In this document: positions 1 to 8,011 of the stretch, one piece after another | Position numbering within the stretch: the first letter of the stretch is position 1 | How the letters are laid out: each line of letters opens with the position of its first letter | Source: an uncultured Clostridia bacterium | GTDB lineage: Bacteria > Bacillota > Clostridia > Oscillospirales > UMGS1783 | DNA: 64,000 bases | Direction of reading: 5' to 3' | Assembly (NCBI GenBank): GCA_937991645.1 | Contig: CALKPL010000025.1 | Coordinates: 128,852 to 192,851, forward strand | Notes under the pieces: model-generated | What the model was told of the DNA's origin: nothing | The model's database searches: none | What the model saw: the letters and a program-made list of their open reading frames with translations, nothing else | Translations under genes and position numbers: made by a program

Positions 1-25
1 GCAACTTTTCTTTTTGCGATTAATA

Positions 26-34
26 TGCTATAAT
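26..34 (+). promoter_or_regulatory. extended -10 element upstream of HAD hydrolase gene
   Basis: TGCTATAAT at 26-34, about 20 nt upstream of ATG 55. The -35 is weak and close to the window edge. Confidence 0.35.
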
Positions 35-54
35 GCTTAGAAATCATATTTTCT

Positions 55-744
55 ATGGGGTTTTTTATGCTGAAACTATGTATTTTTGATCTCGATGGCA
101 CCACGTTCGACACGCAGCCCGACCTGATGAACGCAATGAACGGCGCTATTGAAAAGTACGGTTACCCGCCGTGCAGCGTCGAAGCGTTTCGCGACGCTGT
201 CAGCGGCGGCTTTCAGCAGACGCTGCGCAAGCTGCTGCCGAAGGATTTTGACAGAGAGGATATATTCCCGGATATATGCGAGACGTTCCGGTCCTCCTAT
301 GCCGAGCATTATATGGACAATACATATCCTTACGAAGGCGTAGAGGAAGCCCTGCGCACATTGCGCGGGATGGGTATCCGGCTCGCAGTTTTTTCCAATA
401 AGATCCACGAGCGCACAGTGGACATCTGCAACAGACTTCTGCCCGATATCAAGTTCGACTACATTCTTGGCGCCAGAGACGGGCAGCCGCTCAAGCCCGA
501 CCCGGCAATGGCGCTGTATATCTGCCGCACGCTTGGCGCCGCGCCGTCCGAAACCCTGTTTATCGGCGACAGCGACGTTGACGTGGAGACGGCGAAAAAC
601 GCCGGAATCCGCTGTATTGGCTGCAGCTGGGGTTACCGGGACAAGTCCGTTCTGGAACAGGCTGGGGCGGATGTGATTATTGACCGGCCGGACCAATTGG
701 TCCCCAGTATAAAAAAACTAGGAGGTTATGACGATGGAGTATGA
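55..744 (+). CDS. HAD-superfamily hydrolase, phosphoglycolate phosphatase-like
   Basis: HAD motif I FDLDGTTFDT and motif IV GDSDVDVETA. The true start may be ATG 67 (MLKLCIFDLDG). Confidence 0.8.
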   Translation: MGFFMLKLCIFDLDGTTFDTQPDLMNAMNGAIEKYGYPPCSVEAFRDAVSGGFQQTLRKLLPKDFDREDIFPDICETFRSSYAEHYMDNTYPYEGVEEALRTLRGMGIRLAVFSNKIHERTVDICNRLLPDIKFDYILGARDGQPLKPDPAMALYICRTLGAAPSETLFIGDSDVDVETAKNAGIRCIGCSWGYRDKSVLEQAGADVIIDRPDQLVPSIKKLGGYDDGV

Positions 745-1300
745 AATCGTTCAGGTCGCCCGCAGGATTCGGGAACTGAGAGACATTCTCGGTTTCAGCG
801 TCCATGAAATGGCGGAGACGGTCGACTGCACGGACGAGGAATACCTCGCGTGTGAAAACGGCGCGTCCGACTTTTCCTTTACGTTTCTCTACAAGTGCGC
901 GAAAAAGTTTGGCGTGGACATTGCGGAGCTTATAACCGGCGAAGTGCCGAAACTCTCCTTCTATACCATTACCAGGGCCGGTGAAGGCATGCCGATTGAA
1001 AGACGGGCCGAGTTCAACTATCAGCATTTGGGGTATCGGCTGAAGAACAAGCCCGCTGAGTGCTTTCAAGTGGTTGCAAAATACGATCCGGCGTCAGAAT
1101 CCAAGCCTATACACCTTTCCACCCATGCGGGACACGAGTTCGACTATGTCCTCAAAGGTACCCTGAAGGTGCAGCTTGAGAACCATACGGAGATATTACA
1201 TGCCAACGACAGCGTGTATTATGATTCCTCGCACGGCCACGGCATGATCGCAATCGAAGGGGAAGACTGTGAGTTCTTGGCAATCGTGATCGGGGAATAA
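734..1300 (+). CDS. XRE-family HTH transcriptional regulator with C-terminal cupin domain
   Basis: N-terminal HTH (IRELRDILGFSVHEMAETV) and a C-terminal cupin-like region (HAGHEFDYVLKG...HGHG). AGGAGG at 720-725 favours ATG 734 over ATG 728. Confidence 0.8.
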   Translation: MEYEIVQVARRIRELRDILGFSVHEMAETVDCTDEEYLACENGASDFSFTFLYKCAKKFGVDIAELITGEVPKLSFYTITRAGEGMPIERRAEFNYQHLGYRLKNKPAECFQVVAKYDPASESKPIHLSTHAGHEFDYVLKGTLKVQLENHTEILHANDSVYYDSSHGHGMIAIEGEDCEFLAIVIGE

Positions 1301-1327
1301 CAGTAAAGAATAAGGAGAGAGCCTGCT

Positions 1328-3007
1328 ATGAGCGAGCTTATGTATAAACGTTTTGTCGATGAGACTTTCCGCGCGGACGGGACGATCGACAGACTGACTG
1401 TTAACGTACCTGATAATTTTAATTTTTCTTACGACGTAATCGATGTTCTGGCAAAAGAACGCCCGGACAAACGCGCAATCCAGTGGGTAAACGACGAAGG
1501 CGCGGAAAAGTGCATCACCTTTAAAGATTTGTCCGACAACAGCAAGCGCGCCGCCGCATACCTCGCTTCGCTTGGTATAGGAAAGGGCGACGCCGTATTG
1601 CTGATCCTGAAGCGGCACTACCAGTTCTGGTATGTAATTCTGGCGCTGCACCGGCTCGGAGCAGTCGGTGTGCCCGCGACCAACCAGCTGATGAAAAAGG
1701 ATATTGTCTACCGTATTGAAAAGGCGCATATCAAAGCCGTCGTCTGCACGGCAGAGGGCGATATTGCGCAGGCCGTAGACGACGCGGCGCAGGAATGCGG
1801 CGGGGTGGACGTAAAACTTATCGTGAACGGCGACAGGGACGGCTGGCGTTCCTTTGATCGTGAGTATGAAACATATCCCGCGGAATTTGCCCGGCCTACG
1901 GGCGCGCTTGCAAACACCAAGGACGATATTATGCTCATGTATTTCACCTCGGGCACAAGCGGATACCCGAAAGTGTGCATGATGGCGTATTCCTATCCGC
2001 TCGGGCACATTGTCACGGCCCGTTACTGGCACAATGTCAATACAACGGACGCGGGACTGCACCTGACCCTGGCCGAGACCGGCTGGGCAAAATCCATATG
2101 GGGCAAGCTGTACGGGCAGTTTCTGTGCGAGTCGGCCGTGTTCGTGTACGACTTTAACCGTTTCCATCCGACCGACGTGCTCCACATGATCGAGAAATAC
2201 AGGATCACGACTCTGTGCGCGCCGCCTACCATTTTCCGTTTCCTGATTCAGGAGGACTTGTCCCAATATGACTTTTCCTCGCTGGAGTATGTGACCACGG
2301 CGGGCGAGGCAATCAATCCGGAGGTGTTCAACAAGTTCCTGGACGCGACCGGCCTGAAGCTGATGGAGGCGTATGGACAGACGGAGACGACCCTGACGGT
2401 GGGCAATTTTGTCGGCACCGTACCCCGGGAAGGGTCCATGGGCAAGCCGTCGCCGCAGTACGACGTGGACATTGTGGACGATGCGGGCAACAGCGTCGCG
2501 CCCGGCGTGACCGGCGAAATCGTCATCCGGACTGACAAAATCAAACCTGTCGGTCTGTTTGCGGGTTATTTTGAGGATGCGGAGAAGACCCGCGCGGTTT
2601 ACAGCGACAACGTCTACCATACGAACGACCTTGCCTGGCGCGACGAGGACGGGTACTATTACTATGTGTCCCGCAAGGACGACGTGATCAAGAGTTCCGG
2701 CTACCGTATCGGTCCGTTTGAGATTGAGAGCGTGCTGATGGAACATCCGGCGGTGCTGGAATGTGCAGTAACCGGCGTGCCCGACCCTGTGCGCGGCCAG
2801 GTCGTCAAGGCGACGATCGTCCTTTCCGAGGCGTATCGCGGCCGCGAGGCGGCGGCGCTGAAGAAGGAGATTCAGGAGTTTGTCAAACATACGACCGCCC
2901 CGTACAAGTACCCGCGCGTCGTCGACTTTGTCACAGAGCTTCCCAAGACGATCAGCGGCAAAATCAAGAGAAATACCATCCGCGGCGAGCAGGATGGCAT
3001 GAACTGA
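1328..3007 (+). CDS. AMP-forming acyl-CoA synthetase (medium-chain type)
   Basis: AMP-binding signature YFTSGTSGYPK, a TGD/YYYVSRKDDVIK motif, and a C-terminal PKTISGKIKR. SD AAGGAGAG lies upstream. Confidence 0.85.
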   Translation: MSELMYKRFVDETFRADGTIDRLTVNVPDNFNFSYDVIDVLAKERPDKRAIQWVNDEGAEKCITFKDLSDNSKRAAAYLASLGIGKGDAVLLILKRHYQFWYVILALHRLGAVGVPATNQLMKKDIVYRIEKAHIKAVVCTAEGDIAQAVDDAAQECGGVDVKLIVNGDRDGWRSFDREYETYPAEFARPTGALANTKDDIMLMYFTSGTSGYPKVCMMAYSYPLGHIVTARYWHNVNTTDAGLHLTLAETGWAKSIWGKLYGQFLCESAVFVYDFNRFHPTDVLHMIEKYRITTLCAPPTIFRFLIQEDLSQYDFSSLEYVTTAGEAINPEVFNKFLDATGLKLMEAYGQTETTLTVGNFVGTVPREGSMGKPSPQYDVDIVDDAGNSVAPGVTGEIVIRTDKIKPVGLFAGYFEDAEKTRAVYSDNVYHTNDLAWRDEDGYYYYVSRKDDVIKSSGYRIGPFEIESVLMEHPAVLECAVTGVPDPVRGQVVKATIVLSEAYRGREAAALKKEIQEFVKHTTAPYKYPRVVDFVTELPKTISGKIKRNTIRGEQDGMN

Positions 3008-3024
3008 ACAAATGACAGCTGCAC

Positions 3025-3057
3025 AGAATGTTGTGCCGTATACCGGCACAACATTCT
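3025..3057 (+). terminator. terminator-like hairpin after acyl-CoA synthetase gene
   Basis: 14-bp perfect stem AGAATGTTGTGCCG/CGGCACAACATTCT with a 5-nt loop. There is no clear U-tract. Confidence 0.4.
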
Positions 3058-3160
3058 CCATATATGAAGCCGTCGCATATATACGGCGGACGTGCATATG
3101 CGGCCCTTTGTTATAGTGTATGTGTCGAAAAATATCATGTGAAAGCCAGGAGGAATCCCC

Positions 3161-3808
3161 ATGAGCATCATTGCACCATCTATTTTGTCAGCGGATTTCG
3201 CGCATTTGCAGCGGGATGCGGATATGGTCGTCGCAGCGGGCGCGGAGTATCTGCACATCGATGTAATGGACGGCGTGTTCGTACCCAATATAACCCTCGG
3301 TCCATGCGTAATCCGTTCCCTGCGCCCGTGCAGCAAAGCAGTGTTCGACGTGCATCTCATGATTATTGAGCCGGAGCGGTATATCCATGAGTTCATCAAA
3401 GCGGGAGCCGATATCATAACCATACAGGTGGAAAGCACCCGGGATGTGGACGGCTGTATCGATATGATTCGGGAAGCGGGCGTAAAGCCTTGCGTCACCC
3501 TGCGCCCCGGCACGCCGGTGGAAGAACTGGAACCCTATCTGGAACGAGTGGATATGGCGCTGGTGATGACGGTCGAACCCGGTTTCGGCGGGCAGTCGTT
3601 TATGCCGGAAATGCTTCGCAAAGTAGAATGGCTTGACAGATATAGAAAGGAACGCGGACTGCCGTTTCTGATCGAGGTGGACGGCGGCGTCGGCCTGAAG
3701 AACGCGGCGCAGATTGTCAAAGCCGGTGCGGACGTGCTGGTGGCCGGCAGCGCGGTGTTCGGCGCGGACGATCCTGCGGCGGTGATCAGGCTGCTGAAAA
3801 ACTCCTGA
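3161..3808 (+). CDS. rpe: ribulose-phosphate 3-epimerase
   Basis: Begins MSIIAPSILSADFAHL, then HIDVMDG and VMTVEPGFGGQSF motifs. SD AGGAGG lies 7 nt upstream. Confidence 0.9.
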   Translation: MSIIAPSILSADFAHLQRDADMVVAAGAEYLHIDVMDGVFVPNITLGPCVIRSLRPCSKAVFDVHLMIIEPERYIHEFIKAGADIITIQVESTRDVDGCIDMIREAGVKPCVTLRPGTPVEELEPYLERVDMALVMTVEPGFGGQSFMPEMLRKVEWLDRYRKERGLPFLIEVDGGVGLKNAAQIVKAGADVLVAGSAVFGADDPAAVIRLLKNS

Positions 3809-3824
3809 AAGACAGCAATGGGTC

Positions 3825-3853
3825 TTGAATTTTCATAAGGAGTATAGTATAAT
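3825..3853 (+). promoter_or_regulatory. sigma-A type promoter for SRP RNA
   Basis: TTGAAT (3825-3830), 17-nt spacer, TATAAT (3848-3853). The RNA terminal helix begins about 8 nt downstream. Confidence 0.6.
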
Positions 3854-3860
3854 AATAAAA

Positions 3861-3960
3861 AGAGACAGGTCCTACGCGGCGGATGGCTGTGAACCATGTC
3901 AGGCGGGGAACCGAGCAGCATTAAGCAGTTCACTCCGGGTGCAGTAGGTCCCCTGTCTCT
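3861..3960 (+). ncRNA. ffs: signal recognition particle RNA (small 4.5S-type)
   Basis: Terminal helix AGAGACAGGTCCTAC...GTAGGTCCCCTGTCTCT. Domain IV-like GTCAGGCGGGGAACCGAGCAGC resembles the E. coli 4.5S GUCAGGUCCGGAAGGAAGCAGC. A T-run follows, and the position just upstream of dnaX is the conserved Firmicutes location. Confidence 0.8.
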
Positions 3961-3990
3961 TTTTATTTTTTTGAGGAAGGCGGTGGAGCA

Positions 3991-5469
3991 TTGGCGTATC
4001 AGGCGTTATACCGAAAATGGCGGCCCGGCCGGTTTGCCGATGTTTACGGGCAGGATCACATTACGTCTACCTTAAAAAACGAATTGAAATCCGGTAAGAT
4101 CGGCCATGCGTATCTGTTTACCGGTACGCGCGGCACGGGGAAGACGACCTGCGCAAAGCTCATGGCGAAAGCGCTCAACTGCCTGTCCCCGGAGGATGGG
4201 GAGCCCTGCGGCCAGTGCCGCAACTGCAGGCTCGCGGAAGAGGACAGCCTGTACGACATCGTCGAGATCGACGCGGCCAGCAAGAGCCGCGTCGAAGATG
4301 TGCGCGGTCTGATCGAAGAAGTCGTGTACGCGCCGGCGGTGGGCAAGTACAAAGTATATATTGTTGACGAAGTGCATATGATGACGGGCAACGCCTTTAA
4401 CGCGCTGCTTAAAACGCTGGAAGAGCCTCCCGCATACGTCGTGTTTATTCTGGCGACGACGGAGGTGCAGAAGATACCCGCGACCATCCTGTCACGCTGC
4501 CAGCGGTTTGATTTCAAGCGCCTGTCTCCGGAGACGATTGCGAAAAAGCTCATGCGAATCGCCGAAAGCGAGGGCTTTGAATTGGAAGCGGACGCGGCGC
4601 ACTATATCGGCGTTCTGGCCGATGGCGCCTGCCGTGATGCGGAATCCATCTTGGAAATGTGCCAGACTGCCGGAAAAGTGACGGTACCGCTGGTACAGCA
4701 GCTGACCGGCATGGCCGGCGTAGGGCAGCTGACCGCGCTGATGGACGCGGCTGCGGCGGGGGACACCGGCGCGGTTTTGGAGACGGTGGACAGGCTGTAC
4801 GAAGGCTCGAAGAAGATGGACCTTTTGCTGTCGGACCTGATCCAGTGCTATCGGGACGCCATGCTGCTCAAGCTGGGCGGCGGCAGCGCCGTCCGCCGCG
4901 CGCGCGAAGATACGGACGCGCTGCGGGAAATAGCCGAAAAACTGGAGACGTCCTATATTTTATATTGTATTGACGAACTCAGCGGCGCGCTGATGAAGAC
5001 GTCCCGCAATTCCAGCAACCGGATTGCGGCCGAAGTGTGCCTGATTAAGCTTTGCAATCCGGACTATTCCAGCGCGCCCGCCGCGCTTGCGGCGCGTATT
5101 GCGCGTCTGGAAGCCGGGGCGGCGCGGCCGCCGGCACGCCGGGAAGTTCCTGAACCGGAATCGGCGGCGCCACGTGTGGAAGATACGGCTGTCCCTGCCC
5201 CGGAGGCGGAGCCTGCGCCGTCTCCGGACGCGCGGCCCGATGGCGCAGACCTGAGCGAAAAAATGCGTCCGCACATCCGCAAACCCGGCCTGGTGAGCTT
5301 TCTGCCGGACGCCATGCAGGTGATCGGGGACGTGCTGGAAATCCGCCCTGATTCCGCTTTTGCCTACGACCTGTTGAGCGAGCGAGAAAACGTGCAGGCG
5401 CTGGAAACGGCCTACAAGGCCGCGACGGGGCAGGAAATCCGAATCGTAATACGGCAGAATCAGATGTAA
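3991..5469 (+). CDS. dnaX: DNA polymerase III subunit gamma/tau
   Basis: Walker A GTRGTGKTT, a Cys cluster CGQCRNC, and the SRCQRF motif. TTG start with a GGTGGAG SD. The C-terminus is Pro/Ala-rich. Confidence 0.9.
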   Translation: MAYQALYRKWRPGRFADVYGQDHITSTLKNELKSGKIGHAYLFTGTRGTGKTTCAKLMAKALNCLSPEDGEPCGQCRNCRLAEEDSLYDIVEIDAASKSRVEDVRGLIEEVVYAPAVGKYKVYIVDEVHMMTGNAFNALLKTLEEPPAYVVFILATTEVQKIPATILSRCQRFDFKRLSPETIAKKLMRIAESEGFELEADAAHYIGVLADGACRDAESILEMCQTAGKVTVPLVQQLTGMAGVGQLTALMDAAAAGDTGAVLETVDRLYEGSKKMDLLLSDLIQCYRDAMLLKLGGGSAVRRAREDTDALREIAEKLETSYILYCIDELSGALMKTSRNSSNRIAAEVCLIKLCNPDYSSAPAALAARIARLEAGAARPPARREVPEPESAAPRVEDTAVPAPEAEPAPSPDARPDGADLSEKMRPHIRKPGLVSFLPDAMQVIGDVLEIRPDSAFAYDLLSERENVQALETAYKAATGQEIRIVIRQNQM

Positions 5470-5486
5470 TCTTGGAGGTTTGCTAT

Positions 5487-5825
5487 ATGAAAGTACGAGT
5501 ACCAAAGGACGCGGGCGGGCCGAGCCTGAGCTCGCTTAAGAAGATGCAGAAGATCCAGGAGGAAATGGAGCAGAAGCAGCAGGAACTCGCCGAACGCGTG
5601 TTTGAAGCTTCTTCCGGCGGCGGCGCGGTAACGGCGAGCGTTACGGGCGCGCACCGTGTCAGTGCGATCCGGATCGACCCGGACGTAGTGGACCCGGACG
5701 ATATGGAGACGTTGGAGGATCTCGTCTGCGCCGCTGTGAACGAGGCGATGGAGACGGCGGACAAGACTACGGAAGAGGAAATGGGAAAGATCACCGGGAG
5801 CCTTGGCATTCCGGGGCTGATGTAA
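5487..5825 (+). CDS. ybaB: YbaB/EbfC family nucleoid-associated protein
   Basis: About 112 aa with a coiled N-terminus (KKMQKIQEEMEQKQQEL). It sits in the conserved dnaX-ybaB-recR position. ATG 5487 is preferred over the upstream TTG 5472. Confidence 0.85.
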   Translation: MKVRVPKDAGGPSLSSLKKMQKIQEEMEQKQQELAERVFEASSGGGAVTASVTGAHRVSAIRIDPDVVDPDDMETLEDLVCAAVNEAMETADKTTEEEMGKITGSLGIPGLM

Positions 5826-5841
5826 GAGGGCGTAACCGCAC

Positions 5842-6444
5842 ATGACAGGGTATAATTCATCCCTGCAGAATTTGACGGAACAGTTCAGAAAACTGCAGGG
5901 GATCGGCGCAAAGACCGCGCAGCGGCTTGCGTATTACGTCCTCTCCATGCCGCCGGAGGACGTGGAGGAATTCGCGGCGGCGCTGCTCTATGCCAAAGAT
6001 CATGTCCGCACCTGCCCGATTTGCTTCAATCTCACGGATGGGGAACAGTGCGAAATCTGCAGTGACGACCGGCGCGACAAGAGCGTCCTGTGCGTTGTCG
6101 AGCAGCCGCAGGACATCGCGTCGTTTGAGAGGATCCGCGATTTCAGGGGCGTGTACCACGTCCTTCACGGTGTCATTTCACCCATGGACGGGATCGGGCC
6201 GGACCATCTGCGGATTAAGGAACTGATCGCCCGCGCAGGCCGGGACGGCGTGCGGGAAGTCATTCTCGCAACCAATCCCACTATAGAGGGCGAGGCGACG
6301 GCGATGTATATCAACAAGCTGCTTCGCGCGATCGGCGTGCCGACCACCCGCATCGCCTACGGCATACCGGTCGGCGGCGATCTCAAGTATGCGGATGAAA
6401 TCACGCTGCTGCGGGCGTTTGAGGGCCGGCGCAGCATCGACTGA
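5842..6444 (+). CDS. recR: recombination protein RecR
   Basis: C4 zinc finger CPICFNLTDGEQCEIC and a Toprim region (VVEQPQDIASFE...ILATNPTIEGEATA). Confidence 0.95.
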   Translation: MTGYNSSLQNLTEQFRKLQGIGAKTAQRLAYYVLSMPPEDVEEFAAALLYAKDHVRTCPICFNLTDGEQCEICSDDRRDKSVLCVVEQPQDIASFERIRDFRGVYHVLHGVISPMDGIGPDHLRIKELIARAGRDGVREVILATNPTIEGEATAMYINKLLRAIGVPTTRIAYGIPVGGDLKYADEITLLRAFEGRRSID

Positions 6445-6469
6445 AACGATCGTTTGGAGGGATGAGCGC

Positions 6470-6853
6470 TTGGAGCAGGCGGCGAATCTATACAGCCCGC
6501 TGTCGCTGGCCTATCTGGGCGACGCGGTGTACAGTCTTCTGGTCCGGGAACGGCTTATGCGGGAACACCTGGCGCCGGCCGGCGTTTTGCACAGATATGC
6601 CGCGCGGTATGTGAGCGCGGCGGCGCAGAGCCGTGCCTGTGAAACGCTCCTGCCGCTGCTCGAGGAAGACGAAATGCGCGTGTATAACCGCGGCCGCAAC
6701 GCCGACCCGGCGAACATACCGAAACACGCGCAGCGCAGCGACTACCACAGGGCGACGGCGTTTGAGGCCGTGTTCGGATATCTGCACCTCGCGGGCCGGA
6801 CACAGCGGCTAAACACTTTGTTTAATGAGGTATATACGGCTTTATCGGAATAA
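6470..6853 (+). CDS. mrnC: Mini-ribonuclease 3
   Basis: Mini-III signatures LAYLGDAVYSLLVRE and AFEAVFGYLHL. TTG 6470 is the likely start (GGAGGG at 6456-6461). The ORF-track start at 6389 overlaps recR. Confidence 0.8.
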   Translation: MEQAANLYSPLSLAYLGDAVYSLLVRERLMREHLAPAGVLHRYAARYVSAAAQSRACETLLPLLEEDEMRVYNRGRNADPANIPKHAQRSDYHRATAFEAVFGYLHLAGRTQRLNTLFNEVYTALSE

Positions 6854-6896
6854 ACCCCGGCTGGTCTGCAAAGACTAAGCCGGGGTGATTTGTTTT
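6854..6896 (+). terminator. rho-independent terminator after mrnC
   Basis: 9-bp GC-rich stem ACCCCGGCT/AGCCGGGGT plus an inner GTCT/AGAC pairing, followed by GATTTGTTTT. Confidence 0.7.
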
Positions 6897-7860
6897 GAGA
6901 CGCGAAACAACCAGAGCGAAACACGCGCCCGCGAAACATGCGGTGGCACGGCGCGGCGCCGGGAAGCCGGTCGGCCCTCGCAAAAGCGGATCCACCGTCG
7001 GCCGGACGCCGGCAAAACGTAAGGAATATGTTCTGGATACGCTGGCGATTGTGTTCGGCAGCGCAGTGTTCGGCGCGGCGGTAAACATCTTTACCCTTGG
7101 CAACCAGATTGTACCGGGCGGAGCGACCGGCGTTTCCATTGTGGCGAACTACCTGTTCGGCACGCCTGTCGGCGTTGTGACCATCATCGTAAACATTCCC
7201 CTGTTTCTGTTCGCCCTGCGTAAAATGGGCGCTTCTTTTTTTATAAAGACAGCGGTTGCAACGGTCGTCTCCTCCCTCGCCATCGATCTTTTCGCATTTC
7301 TGCCGCACTATACGGAAGACCGCCTGCTCGCGACGATCTTCGGTGGGGTAATGCAGGGCGCGGGCCTTTCGTTTATCTACATGCGCGGTATTACGACAGG
7401 TGGCAGCGACCTACTTTCCGCACTGATTCGCAGCAAATTCAACCGGCTCAGCCTCGGTCATCTTTTGCTGCTGGTCGACGGGGCGATCGTCCTGCTCGGT
7501 TCGCTTGTGTACAGGGACGTCACAAGCGCGTTTTATTCGGCGATCATGATCTATATTTCCTCTACGGTGATCGACGCGATGCTGGCAGGCCTGGAAAAGT
7601 CAAAATTCTGTTTTATCATCTCCTCCAAAAGCGAGGTGATCGAGCGCCGAATCATAGAGACGCTGGATCGGAGCGCGACGTCGTTTGTGGGGCGCGGCGC
7701 ATACCACGGCGAAGAAAAAAACGTCATATTATGCGCTGTAAAGCGCTTCGAGATGTACCGGTTGCAAAAACTCGTCTCAGAGGTAGACCCCGGCGCGTTT
7801 ATTATATTCGGTAACGCCGCGGAAGTATTCGGCGTCGGCTTTACGGACCTGAAAACGTAA
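6895..7860 (+). CDS. YitT-family membrane protein (DUF2179-containing)
   Basis: Multi-TM core (GGATGVSIVANYLFG..., GITTGGSDLL) plus a C-terminal soluble DUF2179-like domain. The start is uncertain: the 45-aa basic N-terminal extension overlaps the upstream terminator. Confidence 0.7.
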   Translation: MRRETTRAKHAPAKHAVARRGAGKPVGPRKSGSTVGRTPAKRKEYVLDTLAIVFGSAVFGAAVNIFTLGNQIVPGGATGVSIVANYLFGTPVGVVTIIVNIPLFLFALRKMGASFFIKTAVATVVSSLAIDLFAFLPHYTEDRLLATIFGGVMQGAGLSFIYMRGITTGGSDLLSALIRSKFNRLSLGHLLLLVDGAIVLLGSLVYRDVTSAFYSAIMIYISSTVIDAMLAGLEKSKFCFIISSKSEVIERRIIETLDRSATSFVGRGAYHGEEKNVILCAVKRFEMYRLQKLVSEVDPGAFIIFGNAAEVFGVGFTDLKT

Positions 7861-8011
7861 CGCTGCGCCACATTTTTACACGGCGGCATAGCCGTCCTGT
7901 ATTTTTTTTGCCGAACCGCTCAAAATAGCATTGATACGATACGGGGGACATGGCCGCGTTTTTCCGCAAAGGCGCGGCCGTATTTTGCCCATAAACGACA
8001 GGAGTAGAGTT

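Noticed and set aside
1196-3097. 633-aa ORF on the minus strand covering the acyl-CoA synthetase gene. Similar long antisense ORFs occur at 7841-9901, 11906-12949 and 13112-15106 (antisense to the glucan synthase), 18621-19697 and 18970-20256 (lgt/folD), 36384-37754 (polA), 39807-41054 (icd-family), 42014-42910 (lepA) and 44914-45966 (purL).
   Set aside because: Each lies exactly antisense to a gene with clear family motifs. The translations are Arg/Ala/Gly/His-rich low-information sequences typical of stop-codon-poor reverse frames in high-GC DNA. None has an SD or conserved motifs.
4530-4560. Programmed -1 frameshift site in dnaX (E. coli-style A AAA AAG).
   Set aside because: Only GCGAAAAAGCTC is present, with no heptanucleotide slippery site plus downstream stem-loop. 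There is no evidence for a gamma-specific frameshift.
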